53,811 bases of DNA from a virus (taxonomy: Duplodnaviria; Caudoviricetes): the IMG/VR virus record IMGVR_UViG_3300012843_000002, positions 1-53,811 of that record, one strand, 5' to 3'. Each line of letters begins with the position of its first letter. Within the stretch, counting starts at the first letter, position 1. The notes beneath the pieces were generated by a model. The model worked only from the letters and a program-made list of their open reading frames with translations, was not told the DNA's origin and did not search any database. This document shows, piece by piece, positions 29,113 through 38,479 of this stretch. A program made the position numbers and the translations under genes.

Positions 29113-29480
29113 GATGTACCTCCAAGCTTAAGGCGCAGGCGGGCGATCTCATCGCTCTGCAGCGTCACCCGCTCTGTCAGGCTGGCCACTTGGCTGGTCA
29201 AAGCCTCGATTTTCCCCTCCATTCGGCCAACGGTTGCGGCGAGGTCGTTTCGCTCCTTGGCGAACTGATCGGCGCGGGCCTCGGCTTCTTTCCGGGCCTC
29301 GCGCTCGATGTCTAGCAGCTCATTCAGGCGCCGGACGACGCCAATGTCGGCAGTGTCCATTGCACGGTCAGTCGCGTCTCTGGAAAGCCACTTGCGCAGC
29401 CAGAGAAAGCCGCCCAGCAATACAGTGCCCGTTCCGCCCAGCCAGGTGGCTGTGCCTGGGCCGAAGTCGGTCGGGTCCAT
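29109..29480 (-). CDS. Putative holin-like protein (TM + coiled coil)
   Basis: First late-operon gene; N-terminal TM segment; GGAG RBS. Confidence 0.55.
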   Translation of the reverse strand: MDPTDFGPGTATWLGGTGTVLLGGFLWLRKWLSRDATDRAMDTADIGVVRRLNELLDIEREARKEAEARADQFAKERNDLAATVGRMEGKIEALTSQVASLTERVTLQSDEIARLRLKLGGTS

Positions 29481-29496
29481 CCTTTTCTCCAAGAAT

Positions 29497-29522
29497 AAAA
29501 AAACCCCGCAATAGCGGGGTTC
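29497..29522 (-). terminator. Intrinsic terminator after the GvpU-like moron
   Basis: AACCCCGC-TATT-GCGGGGTT followed by a T run. Confidence 0.75.
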
Positions 29523-29536
29523 TAAATTGTGTAGCT

Positions 29537-30007
29537 TCAACTCTTCGTAATAGTGCCCAGCGTAAAACCGTCTACTGAAGAGATTTTCCCGCGCCATAGC
29601 TGGCCGCCTGACAAAACCGGAGTAGAACTCGAGGTATACACCTTGGCGTCTTTGAGGTGGAGGTACTGCATTGCAGGTTGAGGGTCATCATCCTGAGGAG
29701 GGCTATCGAATGTTTGGATGGCGCTCTGAAGCTCCTCCACATCGACGCCCTCAAATTTGCGAAACGCCTCAGAAAAATCCTTCGAAAGCTGCTCGAAGTA
29801 AGCACCGTGGGTAATTAACTGCCCAGACACCAACGACCCGCCGACTGACAGGGTGATGCCGATGCTGAGGCGGGTATTGTTCGAGAACCTAACCAACCAC
29901 TGCAGCAACCAATCCGTTTGGCGACCTTCCCACTCAGTCTTCAAATACTCTGCATTCTCGTAATGAGACTGCTCAGCGGGCTGGCTCAAATCAACGACAT
30001 CCGACAT
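29537..30007 (-). CDS. GvpU-like protein (moron)
   Basis: DWLLQWLV..IGITLSVGGSLVSG-LI..YF..YLHLKDA..LWRGKISSVDGFTLG. Confidence 0.7.
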   Translation of the reverse strand: MSDVVDLSQPAEQSHYENAEYLKTEWEGRQTDWLLQWLVRFSNNTRLSIGITLSVGGSLVSGQLITHGAYFEQLSKDFSEAFRKFEGVDVEELQSAIQTFDSPPQDDDPQPAMQYLHLKDAKVYTSSSTPVLSGGQLWRGKISSVDGFTLGTITKS

Positions 30008-30063
30008 TTAATAGCTCCGTGCCATTACTCAGGAGCCATATCTATACCGCAAGAGATCAAAAC

Positions 30064-30090
30064 AAAAAAGCCCGGCTTTAGCCGGGCTTT
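30064..30090. terminator. Intrinsic terminator downstream of Q (tR'-like position)
   Basis: AAAGCCCGGC-TTTA-GCCGGGCTTT with A/T tracts. Confidence 0.75.
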
Positions 30091-30168
30091 GTGGTCACTC
30101 CTCAACACGCGCAGGAATGACAGGATGGAGTTAATTTCGCTCAGTCGCTCACTGATGTCAACAGGCAA

Positions 30169-30855
30169 TCACGCGGCCTCTTTCATGAGCAAGCCTTCGG
30201 CCTCCAGAATCACCCGCACTTCTGCCAGCGCGTCGTCGATCATGCCGTCGAGCTTTTCGTTGATCTCCAACCTCCAGCGCCGACGCGTAGACTCCGGCGT
30301 GGCGTCAAGATCCCAGGTGTTCATGTCGTAGAAGCTATCGGGAAGGATGATCACATCCTCTTCCATGGCTTCGATGCGTTTTCTCGCAGCGTGGCCAGCA
30401 GCCACCGCAGCATTGACTGTGGCCTCGCGGCGCCACGACGACGCATCCAGCGGGATATCCACCGATACAGATTGCGGGGCCTTGCGGCGTGCACCCTTCA
30501 GTTTCGGGATCGCCCAGGCGGTCACCGCCTTGTAGATGAACAACGTAGGCGCAGGGCTCGCGATCAACGGCCGCACCAGCGTGATGGCCTGCGCCTTCTT
30601 GGCCTTGTTGGTGCTGTACTTGGCGACCAAGGCTTCCCAGTGCCGCTCTTTGAGCATGTGGTGCAGGCGGGCCGACAGCCAGTAATCGATCTGGGTACGG
30701 TCGATACCACCTGACCAACCACCCAGCGTGGCCAAGCACCCACCCTCCTCCTCAGCTGACTTGTACAGTTTCTGCCAGGCCTGGGCCTTCGCCGATCCCT
30801 TCTCGCCCGCCGCCAGAGCGGCAACTACTGCACCAGATACGCTGCTATAAACCAT
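30169..30855 (-). CDS. Putative late antiterminator (Q-like)
   Basis: Last gene before the late operon; C-terminal STRRRW..I..LD HTH-like segment. Confidence 0.65.
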   Translation of the reverse strand: MVYSSVSGAVVAALAAGEKGSAKAQAWQKLYKSAEEEGGCLATLGGWSGGIDRTQIDYWLSARLHHMLKERHWEALVAKYSTNKAKKAQAITLVRPLIASPAPTLFIYKAVTAWAIPKLKGARRKAPQSVSVDIPLDASSWRREATVNAAVAAGHAARKRIEAMEEDVIILPDSFYDMNTWDLDATPESTRRRWRLEINEKLDGMIDDALAEVRVILEAEGLLMKEAA

Positions 30856-30865
30856 GTCCTTCCCC

Positions 30866-31183
30866 TCAATCCCCGGTGTAATTGGCGCCGCCGGCGCCGC
30901 GCCGGTTGCCGTCCTGATATCCAGCCTCTGGCCCGCCGGCCCGAGGTCTTTTCAAGTGCTCGATCTGCCGTGTCGCGGCCTGCAGCCTCATGCTGAGCTG
31001 GGTCACCAGTTCATCCAGGGCCAGGGCCTCGCCAGTTGCAGCCGCTACCCAGCCCGAGGCGTTGCAGTGGTCGCATGGCAGTTCGTGAAACACGCCCTGA
31101 GTGACCGCTCTCCCACGGCACAAAGGGCATACATCCAACTCGATCACGGCCTTCTTGAAGGCTGGGCCGTGCTTCTTCATCAA
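30866..31183 (-). CDS. Zn-finger hypothetical protein
   Basis: CPLCRG and CDHCNASG. Confidence 0.7.
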   Translation of the reverse strand: MMKKHGPAFKKAVIELDVCPLCRGRAVTQGVFHELPCDHCNASGWVAAATGEALALDELVTQLSMRLQAATRQIEHLKRPRAGGPEAGYQDGNRRGAGGANYTGD

Positions 31184-31455
31184 CCGACCACCTTCAGCCC
31201 TTGGGCCCGAAGCGACTTCTCAGCAACCTCACGAGCCCACGCTGAATCCGGGCAGCCCATCAAGACTGGAAACGGATTGGTGACGCGCAAGGCCTGGCGA
31301 CTGGCCTGCCACGCCCAGCGGGCTGCCTGCACGTTGACCGTGTCCTGATAAATCATGTGGACCGCCGACCCACGGAACCCTTCGCCGTGCAAGCGAACCT
31401 GCTCCTCGACGAATGCGGCTTCGAACTCGGCGCGGATTTTGTCGGTATTCGTCAT
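31180..31455 (-). CDS. Hypothetical phage protein
   Basis: MTNTDKIRAEFEA..WAWQASR; ATGA overlaps on both sides. Confidence 0.7.
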   Translation of the reverse strand: MTNTDKIRAEFEAAFVEEQVRLHGEGFRGSAVHMIYQDTVNVQAARWAWQASRQALRVTNPFPVLMGCPDSAWAREVAEKSLRAQGLKVVG

Positions 31456-32741
31456 TTCGAATCCTCGCTTATGGTGGATACCGGAAGGCCGTCGAAGCCC
31501 GCGCGCCCTGCGACCTCGCAGAGAATCCATGAATCCGTTGATCTATCACCGGTCAAGCCGTGAACCGAGGCGAAACCCTTCTGATCAAGGTGTGCGTGCC
31601 ACTTCTCCAGCGCCTCGCGCTTGCGGGCCATGACGTCGGACTGGATGTACACCTTCACGTTGTGGCCCATGGCGTGGTTGATCAGCAGCTCACCCACCAG
31701 GTGGTCAACACCGAGGTCAGCCCAACCGGTACGGGCCAGCTTGCGTAGGTCGTGGCTGGTCCACTCGCCCTGCCCCATGACCGAGAACACCGTAGAGGCC
31801 TTCGATTCGCTCATGGGCTTGCCCTGCCGCCCCGGGAACAGGAACTCGCCCTCGTAACCCTGCTTGAGCTGGATCTCGCGGCAGGCCATCAGCAGGAAGC
31901 GCACCTGGTCGGTCAGCGGCAGGCGGTGCTGCACGCCGGTCTTGGTGTGCTCGGCGGGAATGAACCACTCCCGTTCGGCCAGGCTGATGTGGCTCCAGCG
32001 GGCCATGCGGGTTTCGCCCAGCCGGGTGCCGTGGCACAGCATCATCAGGGCCAGCAGGCCATGCTGCGGGTTGTGGGCCAGGGTGCTTTTCATGCGCGCC
32101 ATCAGGTCTTCGAGGTGCACGCCACGCAGCCTCGACGGCTTGACCGTGACCTTGGCCTTGGAGAAATCACGGAAGCGGATGCCGGCCATAGGGTTGGTGC
32201 TGATCAGGCCGAGTTTGGCGGCCTGCCGGAAGGCCAACGCGAGCAACTGAAAGACCAGGCGCACGTAGTCGATCGAAAGCGACTCTTGCAGCGGCCACAT
32301 CAGCTCGCGGTCGAGCAGCGCTTTGTCGATCTGGGCCAGTGGCGTTTCGCCCAGGCGCGGCGTCAGGTGCTGCTTGACAGCCGACGCCGCCGTGCTCTTG
32401 CGCTTGGCCGAAAGGCTGCGGTCGCGGGACATGCGCTCAGCGAACCAGGCCAGCAGCTCGCCGGTGAGCACCCAGCTCGACAGGCTCGATCCCTCCCCCG
32501 CTTCCAGACGCAGCCGGATATCCGGCAGTGCAGCAGCCACCTTGGCAGCGCTCAGCTCAGGGTATGAGCCGATCAGGTTCCACTTGCCCTTGTGCACCAG
32601 GTACCACGATCCGCGCTCGCGGGAGCGGTGAAAGCGGAAATACAGGCCATGGTTGCCCAAGGCGCGCAGGTCGCGCACCTGGCCGGCGGCCTGCCGGCGA
32701 ATCTCTGCATCACTGATTTTGACAGCGGCGGTATTGGTCAT
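31452..32741 (-). CDS. Second tyrosine recombinase (nin region)
   Basis: GTRLGE (R), HTKTG (K), HDLRK (HxxR), INH (H), VY (Y). Confidence 0.88.
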   Translation of the reverse strand: MTNTAAVKISDAEIRRQAAGQVRDLRALGNHGLYFRFHRSRERGSWYLVHKGKWNLIGSYPELSAAKVAAALPDIRLRLEAGEGSSLSSWVLTGELLAWFAERMSRDRSLSAKRKSTAASAVKQHLTPRLGETPLAQIDKALLDRELMWPLQESLSIDYVRLVFQLLALAFRQAAKLGLISTNPMAGIRFRDFSKAKVTVKPSRLRGVHLEDLMARMKSTLAHNPQHGLLALMMLCHGTRLGETRMARWSHISLAEREWFIPAEHTKTGVQHRLPLTDQVRFLLMACREIQLKQGYEGEFLFPGRQGKPMSESKASTVFSVMGQGEWTSHDLRKLARTGWADLGVDHLVGELLINHAMGHNVKVYIQSDVMARKREALEKWHAHLDQKGFASVHGLTGDRSTDSWILCEVAGRAGFDGLPVSTISEDSK

Positions 32742-33166
32742 GCTGCAACCTCCGTTTTTGGCAGGGCCAGGTACGCCCTCAGGCACTCCATGGCGTCGAA
32801 ATGCCCCTGACACACAACGGCCAGGTAGCCTTGGTCGTTCAGCCGGCGAATGCACGCTTGCTGGCTGGACGAGACAGGCGCCGGGTCAACGGTCGCCTTG
32901 AATTCGATGTACAAACCGAAGTACCCGCCGCGGGCCATGGTCAGCACCAGGTCGGGGATGCCGGCCTTCACGCCCTGAGCCTTGAGCTTCAGCGCCACGC
33001 CCTTGTGCCGGTGACCGCCGTTCGGGACGTGATAGATCAGCTCGAACACCTCGGGATAGCGCAGCTGGATCTCTTCGAGCAGGGCGGCCTGCTCCTGCCC
33101 TTCCCGGTCGACGGGCTTGGCGCGGGCCGGCTTGGCCTTGAACGATCGAAGGGCGGGTGCATTCAT
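32738..33166 (-). CDS. VRR-NUC domain nuclease
   Basis: HVPNGG..GVKAGIPDL..LYIEFK..Q. Confidence 0.85.
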   Translation of the reverse strand: MNAPALRSFKAKPARAKPVDREGQEQAALLEEIQLRYPEVFELIYHVPNGGHRHKGVALKLKAQGVKAGIPDLVLTMARGGYFGLYIEFKATVDPAPVSSSQQACIRRLNDQGYLAVVCQGHFDAMECLRAYLALPKTEVAA

Positions 33167-33459
33167 GCGATCAGCACTCCTTCGTGGAGCAGCAGCGCCT
33201 GGGTGCGCATGACGCCCTCGGCGTGGTACTGGCGCGCGGTGTCGCGGTCCACTGCCCGACTGCGCCCGTCGCAGGCGTCGTGACAAGCGCTGCAGCACCA
33301 GGCGCCTTGTAGGTCGTGCGGCTTCTTGCCGACGCCGCAGGTGCCCGCCAAGCGATAGTGCGCAAGGACAGTGGTCTCAGGGTTGCCGTTGCACACGCCA
33401 GGGATGCGCACCTGGCACTCACGACCGCGCGCGGCCTTGGTCAACTTCGTTTGGCGCAT
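33163..33459 (-). CDS. DUF1364/YbcO-like Zn nuclease
   Basis: ARGRECQVRIPGVC..TTVLAH..CSACHD. Confidence 0.85.
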   Translation of the reverse strand: MRQTKLTKAARGRECQVRIPGVCNGNPETTVLAHYRLAGTCGVGKKPHDLQGAWCCSACHDACDGRSRAVDRDTARQYHAEGVMRTQALLLHEGVLIA

Positions 33460-33483
33460 AGATCAAGCTCCTAGCTGATGTGT

Positions 33484-34167
33484 TCAACGGCCTGCAAGGC
33501 GGGCGCGCATGGCCGACAGGGCGTTGTTGCCAACCTCTGGCGTCCGGCTACCGGCAACTTCAGCGGGAAGCGCCAGCGGCATCTTCTGCAGCGGTTCTCC
33601 GGCCATGATTCGGCGGACGGCGATGGTGTAGTTGCGCTCGTACAGTTTCGAGCAGGCATCGGTTGGCAGTTTGTTGAGGTTCTCGAAGCCGCACTCCTTG
33701 GCCGCATGCCACACAGCATCGTGGCTCCAGCTGCCCCGGCCAGCCATCGCAGGATGGGCGTTCCGAGTAGCCTCGCGAAATGCGGCCGCCAAGGTTGGAA
33801 GGCCAAGCATCTCCGGCGATGGCTGGCACCACTCGATGAATTTGCCGGGGGCGGGAATGAATTCACGTCCTGACTGGCGGCAGCGCATTAGACCGAACTG
33901 CAGCTGCTCGGGGGTGTTGATGCCTGCCTCAAGGAACGCTGTCAGCCACTGCTGCTTGGCGGCCTTGTACGTGCTCATATCCGGCCAGGCCTGTTTCCAG
34001 GCGCTGAAGATGGTCCGCAGATCACGGAACAGCCGATTGATCACTGCAGCAGTTTTGCGATCGAGCTCGGCCTTGATCTCGGCGGGAAGCGTGTCCCCAG
34101 CAGGGATGTACTGGCCGGTTTGAACTTTGGCCCATAGACCATGGGCGATGGTGGCTACCTGGTTCAT
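33484..34167 (-). CDS. Replication protein P-like (helicase loader)
   Basis: KQQWL-AF-E-GI..PAPGKFIEWC; follows the O-like gene. Confidence 0.85.
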   Translation of the reverse strand: MNQVATIAHGLWAKVQTGQYIPAGDTLPAEIKAELDRKTAAVINRLFRDLRTIFSAWKQAWPDMSTYKAAKQQWLTAFLEAGINTPEQLQFGLMRCRQSGREFIPAPGKFIEWCQPSPEMLGLPTLAAAFREATRNAHPAMAGRGSWSHDAVWHAAKECGFENLNKLPTDACSKLYERNYTIAVRRIMAGEPLQKMPLALPAEVAGSRTPEVGNNALSAMRARLAGR

Positions 34168-34907
34168 TGGTCATTCCCCCCTTTGAGCCATGAGGTATCG
34201 TCGTCATCGAAAGCGTTCGATTGCTGCGCGCTCGGCTTGCCGGTAGCGGATCGAGCTGCCCGGGCCAGGTCCGATTTCACCCAGTTGACGAGGGCGGCGA
34301 GCCATTGCTTCTCGGTCTGCACCAAACCCTTCGCGTCGTGGTGCAACACGAACCCGGCGATTGCCTTGGAGCCGAAGTTGTCCAGGGTGAGCCCCGAACG
34401 GAGTGCATACGCTTTGAGCAGGTCCTGATCCGGCACCCACTCCAGGAACATTTCGAATGGCTCGCGCAGAGAGTGAGTAGATTGGTTAACTGACGGATTG
34501 GGTGCAGCTGCTGCACCCCGTTCTGCTTTTTCCTGCACCCCGTTCTGCTGCGAGCTGCACCCCGTGCGGTTTCCTGCACCCCGTTCTCTACGAGGTGCAG
34601 CAGATGCACCTCGTTTAAGTTGAAGGTCGTACACAATGGGACGGCGATCACGGCGGTCAATGTAAGCTGCCGCGATAGCCTGGTTTCCTGCCACGATCCA
34701 GCCAGCTGCTTCCAGCTCGTCGAGCTTTAGGCGGATGGTGCGCTCGGACAGGCCGGTGTCCTCGGATAGCGTTGCAGCCGACGGGAAGGCGCCGCGGCCA
34801 TCGGTACCGGCATAGTTGGCGAGGCAGAGCAGGACGTGACGAGCTGCAGGGTTCTCCAGGGAGGATTTCGGAATAGCCAGGGCCCAGGTCATGGCTTGTA
34901 CACTCAC
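34164..34907 (-). CDS. Replication initiator O-like (HTH + DnaT-like C-terminus)
   Basis: MSVQAMTWA..LLCLANYA..FPS..TL; short internal TGCACCCCG repeats (origin-like). Confidence 0.85.
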   Translation of the reverse strand: MSVQAMTWALAIPKSSLENPAARHVLLCLANYAGTDGRGAFPSAATLSEDTGLSERTIRLKLDELEAAGWIVAGNQAIAAAYIDRRDRRPIVYDLQLKRGASAAPRRERGAGNRTGCSSQQNGVQEKAERGAAAAPNPSVNQSTHSLREPFEMFLEWVPDQDLLKAYALRSGLTLDNFGSKAIAGFVLHHDAKGLVQTEKQWLAALVNWVKSDLARAARSATGKPSAQQSNAFDDDDTSWLKGGNDQ

Positions 34908-35650
34908 AGCGAACCCCCAGCCTTCAGTTCAGCGAGACGCGCCAGTCCTCTCGGGGTGACCAGAGGATCAAACGCGGCGCGCTCGATACCGGTTTCCGGG
35001 TCGGGCTTCAAGGCTGTCACCTTGTGCTTCATCAATCCCGAGGTGACGCGGGGCTGGTAAGCGATCCATCGCTTTGAACCCTTGCGGCGGAATATCCAGC
35101 GGTTCTGCTCCAGCCAGTCGAACAATTTCGATGGGGCAACCTGAAGCTGCTTGGCCGCATCGGTGATGCAGATGGCCCCACAAGCAGCTGCCAAACGCTG
35201 GATTGCTGCGACCTTCGGGGCTTGCTTCTGAATGACCTGATGGAGCTGATGGTTCTGCTCTGCTTGATCGGCGGCCAGTCGCAGCGCCTCAGCGAAGGTT
35301 TGGGGGATCTGGACCTCCGCCAATACCCGCGCCTCAAGCTCCTGCCAGCGGTCGATAATCTTGGCGCGCAGTTTGGCGTTGTATCCGGATACCAGCACCA
35401 GAGTATCGCGCTGGCTAAGTAGGAACTCTGGATAGGATTGGCCGTTTTGTGGGTGGGTGTATTGGGTTTCCTCAGATTTGAGGACACCCTCTGCAGCCAG
35501 GCGCCGTGCGTCCCGCAGCACATTGTCATGGCTCTTGCCAGTGAGCTGCGCGATTTCGCGGGTGGACATTACCTGACGCGCCAGCTTCGGCGAATTACCA
35601 ATATCTGACACAACAGCCTTGGTATTGCTCGCATCGATTGCGGAGTGCAT
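34904..35650 (-). CDS. Rha / antirepressor (KilAC-like C-terminus)
   Basis: MSTREIAQLTGKSHDNVLRD, IIDRWQELE, PQTFAEALRLAAD, VTPRGL. Confidence 0.85.
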   Translation of the reverse strand: MHSAIDASNTKAVVSDIGNSPKLARQVMSTREIAQLTGKSHDNVLRDARRLAAEGVLKSEETQYTHPQNGQSYPEFLLSQRDTLVLVSGYNAKLRAKIIDRWQELEARVLAEVQIPQTFAEALRLAADQAEQNHQLHQVIQKQAPKVAAIQRLAAACGAICITDAAKQLQVAPSKLFDWLEQNRWIFRRKGSKRWIAYQPRVTSGLMKHKVTALKPDPETGIERAAFDPLVTPRGLARLAELKAGGSL

Positions 35651-35719
35651 AATCGACCTCGATATGTTGTTGAAGAAGCCGGGCTGCCACCCGGTTTTTT
35701 TATGCCTGCGATTCAGGTA

Positions 35720-35735
35720 CTGGATGGATCAGCAG
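35720..35735. promoter_or_regulatory. Degenerate LexA box upstream of the antirepressor
   Basis: CTGGATGGATCAGCAG matches CTG-N10-CAG. Confidence 0.45.
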
Positions 35736-35785
35736 GTGTTTCGGTCATCTACTGGCTCAGTGCCAGATCAGTCATGATTTAAATG

Positions 35786-36010
35786 TCAGGCTGCTTCTGG
35801 ATCGCAAGCCGTTGGCGGGAAGACATCGTCAAGGCTGCACTCGGCGCCTAGCCCGTTCAGCGCAGCGACAATCTTCCGGGCCGCATCCAGGCCGACACAC
35901 CGTCGCCCGGCCTCGTAGTTGGCCAGACGCGACTGGTTCCAACGGAGCTCTCGGCATAGCCGGGCTTGGCTAATCCCCGCAGCTACCCGGATCTTGCGAA
36001 CGTTGTTCAT
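35786..36010 (-). CDS. cro: Cro-like HTH regulator
   Basis: 74-aa HTH (SQARL..WNQSRLANYEAG) divergent from cI. Confidence 0.85.
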   Translation of the reverse strand: MNNVRKIRVAAGISQARLCRELRWNQSRLANYEAGRRCVGLDAARKIVAALNGLGAECSLDDVFPPTACDPEAA

Positions 36011-36036
36011 TCGGGGTTCCTCAATGACTAGCACTC

Positions 36037-36102
36037 AGGATAAACACGCATCGTGTTAATATCAATCACAATAAGTGAAAGCCGTGTATTTCATTTCGTG
36101 AT
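36037..36102 (-). promoter_or_regulatory. PR promoter and OR operators
   Basis: Minus strand TTGATA-N17-TATCCT; operators AACACGCATCGTGTT (36043-36057), ATCACAATAAGTGAA (36065-36079) and a half match at 36088-36102. Confidence 0.8.
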
Positions 36103-36114
36103 GAAATCCCGCGC

Positions 36115-36921
36115 ATGAATGAATCACTGAGCCAGCGCATTAAGCGCTTGAGAAAAGCGACGGGAATGTCCCAGGCCCAGCTGGCAGATGCTTGCGGCTG
36201 GAAATCGCAGTCACGCGTCGGAAACTATGAAGCAGGTACACGAGAGCCAACGCTGGCGGATATTGCCGCTATGGCAGCTGCCCTTGGAGTCGACCAATCC
36301 GAGCTACTCCTGAGCTCTGCGGCAGTGACCGAGGTTTCGGCGCCAGCCCGGAGTACGACTGATCTTGTCAGGCAGATGCTCGCAAAGAGCGGCAAAGGCA
36401 TTCCGGAAGAGGCCCGTCAGCGCCTCCTTGCTGCGGCTGAGGAGCCGAGCGCCAGCAGTGTCGTCGCGGCTGACTTCGTTCGCCCAGGCCTCGTGGGCGA
36501 TGAGGTGTGGATTGCTCACTACGACGTGCGCGGAGCAATGGGCGATGGTGAAGTAGCTCACGACTTCCCTGAAATGCTGCAGGACATCCGCGTCAGCCCT
36601 ACTCACCTGCGAGAGATGGGAGTCGAGTTCAAAGAGCATTTCCATCTGAAGCTCATAACGGGTGTCGGTCAGTCCATGGCCCCTACCATCAAGAGTCGCG
36701 ACCCGTTGGTCGTTGATATCAGCATCCGTGAATTCGTGGGCGACGGGATTTACTACTTCTCCCATCAGGGCCATCAGTACATCAAGCGCCTGCAGAAGAA
36801 GGGTCGCGATCATTTCAAAATGATCTCGGACAACACGAATCATCCACCTGAAGACATCCGGGTGGATGAGACCTACATCCAGGCGCGGGTGCTGCTGGTG
36901 TGGAATGCGCACCTGGTCTAG
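36115..36921 (+). CDS. cI: CI-like repressor (HTH + S24 peptidase)
   Basis: N-terminal HTH; GQSMAPTI Ser and YIKRLQ Lys. Confidence 0.92.
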   Translation: MNESLSQRIKRLRKATGMSQAQLADACGWKSQSRVGNYEAGTREPTLADIAAMAAALGVDQSELLLSSAAVTEVSAPARSTTDLVRQMLAKSGKGIPEEARQRLLAAAEEPSASSVVAADFVRPGLVGDEVWIAHYDVRGAMGDGEVAHDFPEMLQDIRVSPTHLREMGVEFKEHFHLKLITGVGQSMAPTIKSRDPLVVDISIREFVGDGIYYFSHQGHQYIKRLQKKGRDHFKMISDNTNHPPEDIRVDETYIQARVLLVWNAHLV

Positions 36922-37117
36922 AAGGCCGGAAACCGCATGCAACTTACATCAGAGCCCAAAGAGAAAATCAGCGTGGCAGGGAAGGTAGGCTCGTAGTTGG
37001 CCGTATTTCAGTTCGCCTCGCCTTCCGTATAGACGGGTGGTCCGGCGGATTTTTTTGTTCAGGGAAGAGCCTGCGTAGAACGGGCCTTCGTAATCATTGT
37101 GGTGACGGGGAGTTTGT

Positions 37118-38248
37118 ATGCAGCAGAACGCGCAGCCGCTGGTAGCTCAATTGAGCACTCACGACGTGGCTAGTGGCATTGCAAAGTGGGCGATCTCGAG
37201 GGGGCTGATGGAATCATTGCCTGCTGGTGTCGATGATCAATACCTCTCAAACGTGGCACCCATGCCCATGTCTCATGACGCCGAACAGCTGCTCAGACAT
37301 AAGGAGATTCAGTCAATCTCCTTTAACCAGTCAACACGAATGATTTTCATATATACCAAGCGCAAGGTTACTAACAAGGACCTGCAAACCCTCCCAAGCA
37401 ATCTGTACCGTCAAGGATTTGCCTACCCCCAGGGTCATATTGACACCGTAGGCAAAAATTTGGCATCAGCCCAAGGGGCTGTTTACGCTTTGCACCCTAC
37501 TCCGGGCGTTGGTAGTACTTACACCTGTGGATCGTCTATTTCTCCCGGCAACGACGCCTCCGCTGGCACTCTGGGAGCGCTGGTTAGGCTTCCAGACGGC
37601 CATCTATACGGGCTAACCAACAATCACGTGACTGCCTTGTGTAGCCATGTCGCACCAGGCACTCCAATCCTCGCCCCGGGCGTAATAGACGTTGGTCCTC
37701 AGAACCTAGCACCCTTCACTGTTGGCTTTCACACGAAAGCATTGGAGATGAAGGTGGGTTCTCTGGGCAACATCGACATTGCAGGCAATCTCGACGCAGC
37801 TATATTCAGGATTAACAATCCTAATACCGTTTGCTCTATGCAGGGCGAGGCGTTCGACACCCCGATCAATGTGATGGACCCTGTTGAAGGAATGCGCGTT
37901 GAGAAGGTTGGTCGAACAACCAGGCATACCAAGGGTCACATTGTAGGTAGGGAGCTCCGCCCGCTTAGCGTAGGTTATGAAGCAAAGACCTACGGCTTCA
38001 ATGGAGTCATTCGTTTTGCAAACGTGCTCACGATTCATGGTGAACAGTCCGAGTTTTCGGACTCTGGAGATTCGGGGTCCTTGGTCGTTGCAGTTGATGA
38101 GCAAGGTAGACCGATAGGCGCGGTGGGGCTAATCTTCGCTGGCGGTCCGGACTCTTCCGCTCCGGGCCAGATCAAATCATCCATGTTGCCGCTGCGGCCC
38201 ATTCTTGAGGCGCTGAACGCAACATTGGTAGGAGGACACAATGTCTAG
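37118..38248 (+). CDS. Trypsin-like serine protease with N-terminal extension and no signal peptide
   Basis: AGTLGA, LTNNHV (His), LDAAIF (Asp), KVGRTT-HT-G, GDSGS (Ser); GGGGAG RBS. Confidence 0.88.
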   Translation: MQQNAQPLVAQLSTHDVASGIAKWAISRGLMESLPAGVDDQYLSNVAPMPMSHDAEQLLRHKEIQSISFNQSTRMIFIYTKRKVTNKDLQTLPSNLYRQGFAYPQGHIDTVGKNLASAQGAVYALHPTPGVGSTYTCGSSISPGNDASAGTLGALVRLPDGHLYGLTNNHVTALCSHVAPGTPILAPGVIDVGPQNLAPFTVGFHTKALEMKVGSLGNIDIAGNLDAAIFRINNPNTVCSMQGEAFDTPINVMDPVEGMRVEKVGRTTRHTKGHIVGRELRPLSVGYEAKTYGFNGVIRFANVLTIHGEQSEFSDSGDSGSLVVAVDEQGRPIGAVGLIFAGGPDSSAPGQIKSSMLPLRPILEALNATLVGGHNV

Positions 38249-38471
38249 CCATAGGAGCGATCCGCGTCTTGCAGCTGAGCATCTCGCCGAAGCGATCGGT
38301 GCTCCAAGCGAAATTGCGCTTTCGATCTCTACCTATTTCAGACCAGGCAAGCCCCTGGCACTCAAGGTTTTCATAGCGCCCGAGTTCAGATACTTGGAGT
38401 CCCGGATACCTAGCCGTCTCGACGGCTATGAAGTGCTGCATGAGGTAGCTGCGAGGGTCAGGGCCAACTGA
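38241..38471 (+). CDS. 76-aa protein translationally coupled to the protease
   Basis: AGGAGG RBS inside the protease 3' end, 8-nt overlap, followed by a terminator. Confidence 0.8.
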   Translation: MSSHRSDPRLAAEHLAEAIGAPSEIALSISTYFRPGKPLALKVFIAPEFRYLESRIPSRLDGYEVLHEVAARVRAN

Positions 38472-38479
38472 ACAACCTG

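Noticed and set aside
29537-30007. Gas vesicle production
   Set aside because: No gvpA or other gvp genes in the window.
31452-32741. Prophage boundary or nested integrated element at the second recombinase
   Set aside because: Translationally coupled on both sides within the nin operon; no flanking direct repeats seen.
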